Origin: Promethearchaeati archaeon
GTDB lineage: Archaea > Asgardarchaeota > Heimdallarchaeia > Heimdallarchaeales > Heimdallarchaeaceae
Reading direction: 5' to 3'
Assembly (NCBI GenBank): GCA_013166775.1
Contig: JABLTJ010000053.1
Coordinates: 1-10,255, forward strand
DNA length: 10,255 nt
Shown in pieces: positions 1-7,328 of this stretch (its first letter is position 1; the number at the start of each line of letters is the position of its first letter). The notes beneath the pieces are model-generated. The model ran no database searches. It saw only the letters and a list, made by a program, of their open reading frames with translations, and was not told where the DNA came from. The translations under genes and the position numbers were made by a program.

Positions 1-1
1 A

Positions 2-442
2 GGAGTATATGCTGTAATAATAACTGCAAGCTCTGCATATTTCCTTTCTTTGCTTTGGTGGGGAACTGAAGCAATTATAGATTCCAGGAAGAAGAAGAAA
101 GAGAAAAAACCAATACTACAAAACATTTCGAAGGGTTTAGTTGCTGGAGTCTTAATACTGAATGCAATCATAATAGGAATTTTCGTTCCGATGTCGCGTT
201 CAAAAATCTTACTTGAAACCGAAACAATTTCCGATTTGGGAGGTTTAATTACTTTACCGATAATCGTTATTGTTCTAATTGCTGGAATGATAATTCTCAG
301 TGTCTTATCTTGGATAGGAATAGGAAACACAGATAGAAAACCATATGGAAAACTGTGGGAAAGAATTCACTATCTTATCCTGATTGTTTTAAGTACCGCA
401 TTCATTTTTGCTTTCGCTTACTGGCACTTTCTAGGATACTAA
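2..442 (+). CDS. C-terminal part of a multi-pass membrane protein (5' end outside window); tail resembles membrane-anchored serine hydrolases of the beta-lactamase-related family
   Basis: The frame is open from position 2 (GVYAVIITASSAYFLSLLWWG...), so the TTG at 50 is probably internal. About four hydrophobic segments. The terminal ERIHYLILIVLSTAFIFAFAYWHFLGY recalls the RIHY...YW-x-LG tail of membrane-anchored serine hydrolases (family call from memory, tentative). Confidence 0.6.
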   Translation, partial: GVYAVIITASSAYFLSLLWWGTEAIIDSRKKKKEKKPILQNISKGLVAGVLILNAIIIGIFVPMSRSKILLETETISDLGGLITLPIIVIVLIAGMIILSVLSWIGIGNTDRKPYGKLWERIHYLILIVLSTAFIFAFAYWHFLGY

Positions 443-452
443 AATAAACATC

Positions 453-490
453 GGTTCCATCTTTTGGAACCTCTCATTTTTATTTTTCTG
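453..490 (+). terminator. 7-5-7 hairpin plus T-rich tract between convergent genes
   Basis: GGTTCCA-tcttt-TGGAACC (453-471) followed by tctcatttttatttttctg, 10 nt after the stop at 442. Confidence 0.55.
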
Positions 491-492
491 TT

Positions 493-2325
493 TCATTTTT
501 TAATAAACTCATAGTATTTCCGGATGAAATCATCCCATTCAGAAAGTTGTTTAAGTTGCTTTTCGGTTCTCATTGTTAATTTTTCTGCTAATCTATACAA
601 CCCTTTTTCATCTGCTATTTTTTGTGTTTCAACTAGAAGAATTTTTGCTTTCTCAAAATCAAGATCGACCATGGATTTCTGAGCTTTTAACCAATGTGTC
701 AGTATTTGCAAATTATTAGCTTCAAGTCTAAGATGATATACATTTTGTTTCTTGGCTAAATCAGTTAACTCTCCTAGATAGTGTTCTAATTCTTCTAATA
801 CTTGAATATCTCCTGACATGCTGAATTCATTCATTAATAACTCACATAAATTGATGAGAGCAATAATATGAAAACCAAATCTTGTAAATTCTTCTTCAAC
901 AACTTTAATTAAAATGTCAACTGCTTTCATCCAGTCTCTTGGACGGGTACTATTTTTTAAAACTAATGCATGGGCTGTTTGATTCATTAGCTCAAAATGA
1001 TTAGTAGGATGAAGTTTAACAAATGCTTCAAGTTCTTTTTGATATTTGATGTATAATGGTTCATCGTTTTTGTCTATTGAGATTTGTATTAATCTAAACA
1101 ATGATCGGGCAATGTTAAGCTCAGCATTAAATCTTCTAAATAATTCCAAGGATTTGTTTACATATTCCAAAGCTAGATTATAATTTCCCTTCATATGATA
1201 TGCTTTTCCCATTTCGATTAGAAAGAAAGGCTCACTTACTACATTTTTGTTATACTTGAACATTTCAAGAACAGAGTGAGATGTTTCTATTACTTTGTCA
1301 AATTCTCCTTTATCAAAAAGTGCATTTACTAAGAAAAGTGAGAATATATTTACGCCATAAGCATCATCCATTTGCTTTGAAAGATTAACTGCTTCAGTCA
1401 TTTGCTCAACAGCAGTATCAATGTCTCCTTCTACCCATTCAATGATTGCTTTTCCGAGGAGAACAAGAGCTTTTTCTTTATGTGTTGTTTCGTGTTCTAA
1501 TTTGGGTAAAATTTTTTTGAAAATTGCTATTGCTTTCTCTGGTTCTCCACTTTGTCTATATATCATAGCTTTGAAATAAACCATCCAATCATGCGGTATT
1601 CCTAATTTCTTGAAATATTCTATCGATATATCAGTATATTTCATTGCAAGAGTAAATCTACCAATTCCTCTATAGCTTTGAGCTAAATTCGAAGCAAAAC
1701 TTGCTTTCCAAATTTCACTTTTTGTATCTTTTGCTAGTTGAAAACCAGCTTGGTAATGATCAATAGCATCCTCAAAAGCATCAGATTGAAACTCACAAAG
1801 ACCAAACAATCGATAATAATACAATTGCATTTGTATGTCATTAAATGATTGAATTAATGAGTAACCAGATTTTGCAGTTTCTAAAGCAAGTTTAGCTTTA
1901 CCCATCCAACTTAAACAAGCACCTTTAATGAAGAATAACCATGATTTACGAATTCGAAAATCGTATTCATCTTGATTTAGAATTTCTTCAAATTTATTTT
2001 CAGTTTCTTCAACTTGAGTAATAGATTTCTTGTACTGTTGACCAAGTAATAAACATCTAGCCTCTATTATGTGAGTATCTATTAACAGTAATTTATCATT
2101 TAATACTTCACTTTCAGAAGTAATCGTTTTTATAATTACTAAACCCTTTTCCCAAAATCCCATACTAGCTGTAAAAAGTGCCTTGATTATTTTTGCTCTA
2201 ATTAGTAATACGTTTTGTTGTTCTTTCTTTTCAAACTCCTCTAGTTTTTCAAGAGCTTCCTTAATTTTACCTTCATTTCCTAATTTGATTATTTCTTGTA
2301 GCTCTTTATTCTTCCCATCTAACAA
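493..2325 (-). CDS. Tetratricopeptide repeat (TPR, MalT-like) protein, 610 aa
   Basis: Repeated TPR helix pairs (e.g. LGKAIIEWVEGDIDTAVEQMTEAVNLS, MGKAYHMKGNYNLALEYVNKSLELF). TTG start with a GGGGA SD-like motif at 2337-2333. Confidence 0.88.
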   Translation of the reverse strand: MLDGKNKELQEIIKLGNEGKIKEALEKLEEFEKKEQQNVLLIRAKIIKALFTASMGFWEKGLVIIKTITSESEVLNDKLLLIDTHIIEARCLLLGQQYKKSITQVEETENKFEEILNQDEYDFRIRKSWLFFIKGACLSWMGKAKLALETAKSGYSLIQSFNDIQMQLYYYRLFGLCEFQSDAFEDAIDHYQAGFQLAKDTKSEIWKASFASNLAQSYRGIGRFTLAMKYTDISIEYFKKLGIPHDWMVYFKAMIYRQSGEPEKAIAIFKKILPKLEHETTHKEKALVLLGKAIIEWVEGDIDTAVEQMTEAVNLSKQMDDAYGVNIFSLFLVNALFDKGEFDKVIETSHSVLEMFKYNKNVVSEPFFLIEMGKAYHMKGNYNLALEYVNKSLELFRRFNAELNIARSLFRLIQISIDKNDEPLYIKYQKELEAFVKLHPTNHFELMNQTAHALVLKNSTRPRDWMKAVDILIKVVEEEFTRFGFHIIALINLCELLMNEFSMSGDIQVLEELEHYLGELTDLAKKQNVYHLRLEANNLQILTHWLKAQKSMVDLDFEKAKILLVETQKIADEKGLYRLAEKLTMRTEKQLKQLSEWDDFIRKYYEFIKK

Positions 2326-2427
2326 AGATGTTTCCCCAAGAATTCGTTTAACTCATTTATAATTATTAATGAACAATTTTGATTGATAATTTTAAATATT
2401 GTTGAAAAAAACTATCGAAAGGAACCT

Positions 2428-3036
2428 TTAGCTACGTTTAATTTTTATTTCATCTTTCTTTTCTATCATTTTCTTTTCTTTAAGAAATTCCTCAGTTTCT
2501 GATTCAAGAACATCTAATTTGAATTCTCTCTCTATAGTTCGTTCTCTGCTTGCGAGTTCAGCTTCTAAAAGATATAAGAAAGTTTGTTGTTGATTACTCT
2601 CTTGTGAAAGATGAATGATTGTATCTATCTCATTGTTAAGTTGTTCAAAATCTTCATCTGTGATTTCATCTATTGATCCTGAGGAATCTATATCAAAAGT
2701 AGTTATAACAAGATTAAGAATAGACTCCATTAAAGAAGAATTCTGAGTTATTTTTTCACTAAAAGAAATAATTAATCGTTTCAGTTCTTTTTCTCCAATT
2801 AATGCTATCTCACCTGGAGTAATTTTTTTCCAAGGAAAACTTGTTTTCTTTACATCTCTTATTTTTCTAGTAATTTTTTTTTGATCTGATTCAGTTTTTG
2901 GCTTTGATTCAATTTTTGCCAGTCTTTCTTCTAACTCTTTCATTCTTTTTTTCTTACGTTCGTAATAAGCTCTTTGTCTATCAGCGTTTGTTTTATATTT
3001 TCTTGGTCGTCCACCTTTGTTCTTTTCTTCTGACAT
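2428..3036 (-). CDS. Putative DNA-binding protein, 202 aa: AT-hook-like GRPRK motif, bZIP-like basic region with short zipper, C-terminal coiled coil
   Basis: ATG with a strong GTGAGGT SD (3049-3043). N-terminus GGRPRKYKTNADRQRAYYERKKKRMKELEERLAKIES; charged helical C-terminus. Confidence 0.75.
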   Translation of the reverse strand: MSEEKNKGGRPRKYKTNADRQRAYYERKKKRMKELEERLAKIESKPKTESDQKKITRKIRDVKKTSFPWKKITPGEIALIGEKELKRLIISFSEKITQNSSLMESILNLVITTFDIDSSGSIDEITDEDFEQLNNEIDTIIHLSQESNQQQTFLYLLEAELASRERTIEREFKLDVLESETEEFLKEKKMIEKKDEIKIKRS

Positions 3037-3153
3037 TTTTTTACCTCACATATATTACTTTTAAATCGATACTTAAAAGAGTTTCGTATTGTTACAAAAG
3101 ACTTATAAGGTTTCGTAACAAAGTATTGTAACAAGACAAAAAGGAGAAGTTAT
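3037..3153. promoter_or_regulatory. Divergent promoter with repeated operator-like sites
   Basis: Minus-strand TTTAAAA (3065-3059), plus-strand TTATAA (3103-3108), SD AGGAG (3142-3146). Repeats: GTTTCGTA at 3081 and 3110; GTATTGTWACAA at 3086 and 3123. Confidence 0.6.
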
Positions 3154-3981
3154 ATGACTGAAAAAAATATTGAAATAAATTTAGAGAGACTACCAATTGG
3201 AATTAAATATCTCAAAGAAAGAGATATGCCTAAAGATTTCAATACCATAAAGAATCCAAAAGCACTTTCCTTTTGTGATGCGGCAAGATTACTGCATGAA
3301 GAAGACCACCCAAATGGATTAGTTGTGACATTGGAATCATTAAAAGCATGTAAATGGTGTCCTGTAAGTCTTGGTTTAAAGAAACCAGAGACAGGTTTAG
3401 AGAAGAACATAGATCTTCTTTTTGATGATCTAAATCAAGGAGTTCATATTTTTAATACTATAGACAAAGTAACTGAACCAGATGTTGTTACATTAGTCAG
3501 TGATCGTGAAAATTTTGAAAAACTGATAGAGACCATTGGATTAGATAATTTTACCAGGGAATATTTTGACCAAATAAACTTCAATGCACTCTCATTGTTT
3601 ACTGGAGTAGAGTTTTCTTCAAAACGAGAGAAAAGAAAACGCAGGCGTAAGTTACGTAGCATTAGGTTCTTCCAATGGTTGTTTGCTTCAAGATTCGCAT
3701 TTAACAATAAACTCATGACCTGGATTCTCACAGCATTATTGAAGCAATACTGGTTCTCTCGAATGATGGATCCAATACTTAGAAAATACAGTACTGGCAT
3801 GTCTTATTGTTATACAGCTTCTGCCATCCCATTAGTTACTCAAAAGGCAAATGTAGTTTTGGCTGAATCAGGACCAATAACTTGGGGTAAATTAGATAGA
3901 GACTCTCTACTTGTTGGTTTACCCAATTCATTATTTGAGACTCTAGAATCTAAAAGTACACTTCAACTGATAAAGGATTAA
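3154..3981 (+). CDS. DUF169 (COG2043)-like protein, 275 aa
   Basis: The motif order PIGIK...FCDAAR...CKWCPVSLGL...EPDVV...C...IP...K-x-N...LLVGLP matches the DUF169 pattern as I recall it; SD AGGAG upstream. Confidence 0.7.
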   Translation: MTEKNIEINLERLPIGIKYLKERDMPKDFNTIKNPKALSFCDAARLLHEEDHPNGLVVTLESLKACKWCPVSLGLKKPETGLEKNIDLLFDDLNQGVHIFNTIDKVTEPDVVTLVSDRENFEKLIETIGLDNFTREYFDQINFNALSLFTGVEFSSKREKRKRRRKLRSIRFFQWLFASRFAFNNKLMTWILTALLKQYWFSRMMDPILRKYSTGMSYCYTASAIPLVTQKANVVLAESGPITWGKLDRDSLLVGLPNSLFETLESKSTLQLIKD

Positions 3982-3986
3982 TAATT

Positions 3987-4025
3987 GTCGAAGTTCATCT
4001 TCGACTCATTTCTTTTTCTATTTTT
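3987..4025 (+). terminator. 7-5-7 hairpin plus T-rich tract
   Basis: GTCGAAG-ttcat-CTTCGAC (3987-4005) followed by tcatttctttttctattttt, 5 nt after the DUF169 stop. Confidence 0.55.
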
Positions 4026-4249
4026 TCATTCCTTAATGAACTCGTAATATTTCCGGATGAAATCATCCTACTGGGATAATTGACCCATTAATTTTTTTTG
4101 TTGTGGGTCAACTTCTCCGCAAGTCTATACATGCCTTATTCGTCAACTATCTTCCAAGTACTCTCAAGAAGTGTTTTTGCTTTTTGGAAATCAAGCTCTA
4201 CCACAGATTTCTGAGCTTTTAACCAATGGGTCATTATTTGCAGGTTGTT
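4026..4249 (-). pseudogene. 3' remnant of a TPR gene paralogous to 493..2325
   Basis: Translates as NNLQIMTHWLKAQKSVVELDFQKAKTLLESTWKIVDE*GMYRLAEKLT/QQKKLMGQLSQ*DDFIRKYYEFIKE*. About 53 of 74 aa (hand count) are identical to the C-terminus encoded by 493..717. Internal stops at 4136-4138 and 4068-4070; 1-nt deletion near 4104. Confidence 0.92.
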
Positions 4250-4722
4250 TACTCAGATTCCTTAATGGGTTCTTTTTCAATAGTCTCAGACTCAAGTTCC
4301 AGTTCTGGATCTGGTTCAAGCACATATTCAGTTACTGATTTCTTTCCTGTATCCTTAAAATCAATGGCATCTCCACCACAATCATAGCAAAACTTGGCAT
4401 TATCAGGCAAAGGTATTTTGCAACTATCACACATTTTTGCTCCCCTAACAGGGACACCACAGTTTGCACAAAACATAGCCTTGTCTTGGATTAGTTTCTC
4501 ACATTCGAAACACTTTCGTTTGTCAGCAAAGACTGTACCTTTCATCTTTTCAAACTGATCTATGCATTTTTCCTCGATTTTACCTTCAAGCTCAGCCCAT
4601 TGGGTTTTATATCTTCGGTTCAAAGAAAACCTTCCTAAAAGCGAAGCGAGAATACCTGAGAGAATACCTCCAGCTAAACCAATACCTGCCATGATTCCTA
4701 TTGTTACCCAATTTATTACCAT
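4249..4722 (-). CDS. Membrane-anchored double zinc ribbon (DZR) protein, 157 aa
   Basis: Gly-rich N-terminal TM helix; four CxxC pairs (CFEC, FCANCG, CDSC, FCYDCG); acidic tail; SD GGAGT at 4737-4733. Confidence 0.88.
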   Translation of the reverse strand: MVINWVTIGIMAGIGLAGGILSGILASLLGRFSLNRRYKTQWAELEGKIEEKCIDQFEKMKGTVFADKRKCFECEKLIQDKAMFCANCGVPVRGAKMCDSCKIPLPDNAKFCYDCGGDAIDFKDTGKKSVTEYVLEPDPELELESETIEKEPIKESE

Positions 4723-4789
4723 TTTTATATTTACTCCATATTAGATTGATTTTATTATACTTTTTTTTACTTTTAACCTAAATTATACT

Positions 4790-7276
4790 TTAATTCTCTT
4801 TTTGCGATTCAACTTCCTTAAAATCATCAGCGTCTTTTTTAATGACAGTACCACAGATATAGCAATAAGGACCAATAGAGATTGTTTCGCATTTTGGACA
4901 ACAAGCATCTTTTTTCATTTCATCCAAGAGATCCTTAACTAAATCTTTGATTTTACCTTCAGTCTCCTTTTCAACTTCATCCTTAATATCTGGTGATTTG
5001 TCAGGTGTCTCGTCTGGAATTGGTTGCTCTGTTGTAGGTTTATCTGGAGTTAGTTCTGGAGGTAATTGTCTTTCTGAAGGAATTTCACTATCTGGAGGAG
5101 GAATAGATTCATTAGAAGGAGGTGGTTGACTTAAAGACTCCTCGGGAGTTGAAGGTTCAGAAATTTTAGACCTTCGAATTCTCGGTCTGAGACCACCACC
5201 GGATTGAACAATCTGAGCTCCAATAATTATCCCACTAATAGTAATGGAAATAACTATCGCTGAAACATAAGCAATAATATTTTCTGCTATAATTAAATCA
5301 GATATTTGAAATGGATGATTGAGAGGATCAGTAGGATCACGTCCTTTATTAATTTCCTCTAAATCAGTAAAACCATCTCCATCTGTGTCAGGATTAGTTG
5401 GATCAGTTATATATCCATCAAGCCCTTCTTGGATTTCTTCATCATCATTTATTCCATCGCTATCGCTGTCTGCAAGCCAAGGATTCGTTCCATTAAGGTA
5501 TTCATCGTAATTAGTTAAGGTATCTAGATCAGGATCACCTGAAGCATCATTAACAAGAGGATTTAGATTATTAACAACTTCCCAACCATCGGGCATAAGA
5601 TCATTATCAGTATCAAAATCATTAGGATCTGTATTTTCAAGATATTCATTATAGTTAGTGAGATTGTCAAAGTCAGGATCACTTGCTGAATCATTCAATC
5701 TTGGATTAAGAGAGTTAGTTACTTCCCAAGCATCAGGCATCAAATCATCATCACTATCACTTTTATAGAAATATGTATGGTGAATCATTAACTCATCATA
5801 ATTGGATAGTCCATCTAAATCCAAATCTTCAATTGAATCATTGAATAGAGGATTGAGTCCTACTTGTACTTCTTGTCCATCGAGTATTAAATCATCATCA
5901 GAGTCAGCATCGGTACTATTTGTACCATAAAATTCCTCAGTTAAATCATCCAAATAATCACAATCACTATCTAATTGTCCCGTATGAAAAATAGAACCTC
6001 CAAAACAATGCCATTGCTCTGGACCAGAAGAAACTACACCCGTAAAACCATAGCAATATAGTGTTTGATTTTGCATTCCTATCATTTCTAAAATACCATC
6101 ACTATCTAAATCAACTAAAGCTTGAGTAGAACGAAAAACCATAGTTGATGTAAAATTCCATTCTTCTCCACCTGTGTGATTAAGACAGTATAGCTTGTAA
6201 TCATCAGAGCCTATCAGTACTTCTAATGTGCCATCACCATCTATATCAGCAATACTAGGTGAAGAATAAACAAAATAACCTGTTGTGTAGCTCCATTCTA
6301 CACTGCCAGTGTGATCAAAGCAGTAAAGATTGTAATCTAAAGATCCAACTACTACTTCTAAAGTACCATCAGCATCCAGATCTGCGATTACAGGTGAAGA
6401 TTTGATTTCGAGAGATGTTGTATAACTCCACTCTAAACCTCCAGTATGGCTAATGCAATAGAAAACATTATCATATGATCCTATTAAAACTTCTAAAGTA
6501 CCATCGTCATCTAAATCAGCTACTGCAGGTGTAGAAACAATGCTATCACCTGTTGTATAACTCCACTCTATTACCCCTAAGTGATTCAAACAATATAGTT
6601 TATTATCAGATGATCCAAACAACACTTCTAAGGTACCGTCTGCATCCAAATCAGCAATACAAGGAGATGAATCTATTCTATCACCCGCTATGAAACTCCA
6701 TTCCATACCGCCAGAGTTATTTAAACAGTAAAGCTTGTAATCCCAGGATCCAAACAACACTTCTAAACTATCATCACCATCTAAATCAGCTACTGCTGGA
6801 GAAGTACGAATAGTGCTACCTGCCTGATAGCTCCATTTCAAACCACCTGAATGATTAAGACAATACATTCTTTTATCATCTGATCCAATTAAAACCTCAA
6901 GAGTTCCATCACCATCAAGATCAGCTGCTGCAGGAGAAGTAGAATATATACAATCATATGTCCTAAAAAACCATTCCCTAATGCCATAATTATTCAAACA
7001 ATAAATTTTATGATCAACTGAACCGATTAAAACCTCTAATGAACCATCTCCATCAAGATCAGCTACAAAAGGTGTATTTCCATAAAACATTTCTGTATAG
7101 CTCCATTTTTCATAGACTCCCATTGCCTCAGGGAGAAATATATAATCATTATTATCAGATATTTTTGCTTCTACTTCAATTGGTTTAATAGAAGCCACTC
7201 CTATTTCTAGTATTATTATCAGCAAATAACAACTTATGATGATTTTTTTTATTTTTGGTGAATTTTCTTGTCTCAG
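4790..7276 (-). CDS. Single-pass surface protein: signal peptide, 8 FG-GAP-like propeller blades, TSP3-like Ca-binding repeats, TM helix, Pro/Glu/Ser/Thr-rich linker, zinc ribbon
   Basis: Eight SP-x-x-ADLDGDG-x-LEV repeats; D-x-D-x-D-G/L repeats; TM IIAYVSAIVISITISGIIIGAQIV; C-terminal CPKC...YCYICG. The ORF track starts at 7225, but the frame is open to 7285, and a CTG at 7276 with SD GAGGGAG restores a basic signal-peptide n-region (start uncertain). Confidence 0.88.
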   Translation of the reverse strand: MRQENSPKIKKIIISCYLLIIILEIGVASIKPIEVEAKISDNNDYIFLPEAMGVYEKWSYTEMFYGNTPFVADLDGDGSLEVLIGSVDHKIYCLNNYGIREWFFRTYDCIYSTSPAAADLDGDGTLEVLIGSDDKRMYCLNHSGGLKWSYQAGSTIRTSPAVADLDGDDSLEVLFGSWDYKLYCLNNSGGMEWSFIAGDRIDSSPCIADLDADGTLEVLFGSSDNKLYCLNHLGVIEWSYTTGDSIVSTPAVADLDDDGTLEVLIGSYDNVFYCISHTGGLEWSYTTSLEIKSSPVIADLDADGTLEVVVGSLDYNLYCFDHTGSVEWSYTTGYFVYSSPSIADIDGDGTLEVLIGSDDYKLYCLNHTGGEEWNFTSTMVFRSTQALVDLDSDGILEMIGMQNQTLYCYGFTGVVSSGPEQWHCFGGSIFHTGQLDSDCDYLDDLTEEFYGTNSTDADSDDDLILDGQEVQVGLNPLFNDSIEDLDLDGLSNYDELMIHHTYFYKSDSDDDLMPDAWEVTNSLNPRLNDSASDPDFDNLTNYNEYLENTDPNDFDTDNDLMPDGWEVVNNLNPLVNDASGDPDLDTLTNYDEYLNGTNPWLADSDSDGINDDEEIQEGLDGYITDPTNPDTDGDGFTDLEEINKGRDPTDPLNHPFQISDLIIAENIIAYVSAIVISITISGIIIGAQIVQSGGGLRPRIRRSKISEPSTPEESLSQPPPSNESIPPPDSEIPSERQLPPELTPDKPTTEQPIPDETPDKSPDIKDEVEKETEGKIKDLVKDLLDEMKKDACCPKCETISIGPYCYICGTVIKKDADDFKEVESQKEN
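5320..5975 (-). repeat. About nine thrombospondin type-3-like acidic repeats (intragenic)
   Basis: DSDCDYLDDLTE, DSDDDLILDGQE, DLDLDGLSNYDE, DSDDDLMPDAWE, DPDFDNLTNYNE, DTDNDLMPDGWE, DPDLDTLTNYDE, DSDSDGINDDEE, DTDGDGFTDLEE. Confidence 0.8.
6045..7110 (-). repeat. Eight ~135-bp (45-aa) tandem FG-GAP-like blade repeats (intragenic)
   Basis: Periodic protein motif, also visible in DNA (e.g. gatccaaacaacacttctaa near 6612 and 6747; catctaaatcagctactgc near 6508 and 6778). Confidence 0.9.
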
Positions 7277-7328
7277 TTTTCTCCCTCAATATTCTATATT
7301 ACGTCTTTTTTTTCGATTTTTCTTTCTC

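Noticed and set aside
2954-2965. TTACG-tt-CGTAA palindrome inside the regulator's basic-region codons
   Set aside because: Spacing differs from the promoter motif, and it is explained by the Tyr-Glu-Arg-Lys codons.
2898-3134. ORFs 2898..3131 (+) and 2940..3134 (-)
   Set aside because: They overlap the better-supported 202-aa gene and the promoter, and show no recognisable motifs.
3150-3800. ORFs 3150..3410 and 3444..3800 (-)
   Set aside because: Antisense shadows of the DUF169-like gene.
4080-4111. Inverted repeat TTGACCCA-N16-TGGGTCAA inside the pseudogene
   Set aside because: Single 8-bp instance in decayed coding sequence; chance cannot be excluded.
4026-4249. Diversity-generating retroelement TR/VR pair (copy of a gene's 3' end plus a downstream hairpin)
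   Set aside because: Differences from 493-717 are not adenine-specific (many T/C and other synonymous changes), and there is no reverse transcriptase gene in the window.
4562-5510. Short plus-strand ORFs 4562..4744, 4947..5129 and 5319..5510
   Set aside because: Antisense shadows; their Ser/Gly/Pro bias mirrors the codons of the real minus-strand genes.
6045-7110. CRISPR array or non-coding tandem repeat
   Set aside because: The 135-bp period is in frame and degenerate at synonymous sites, so it is a protein repeat.
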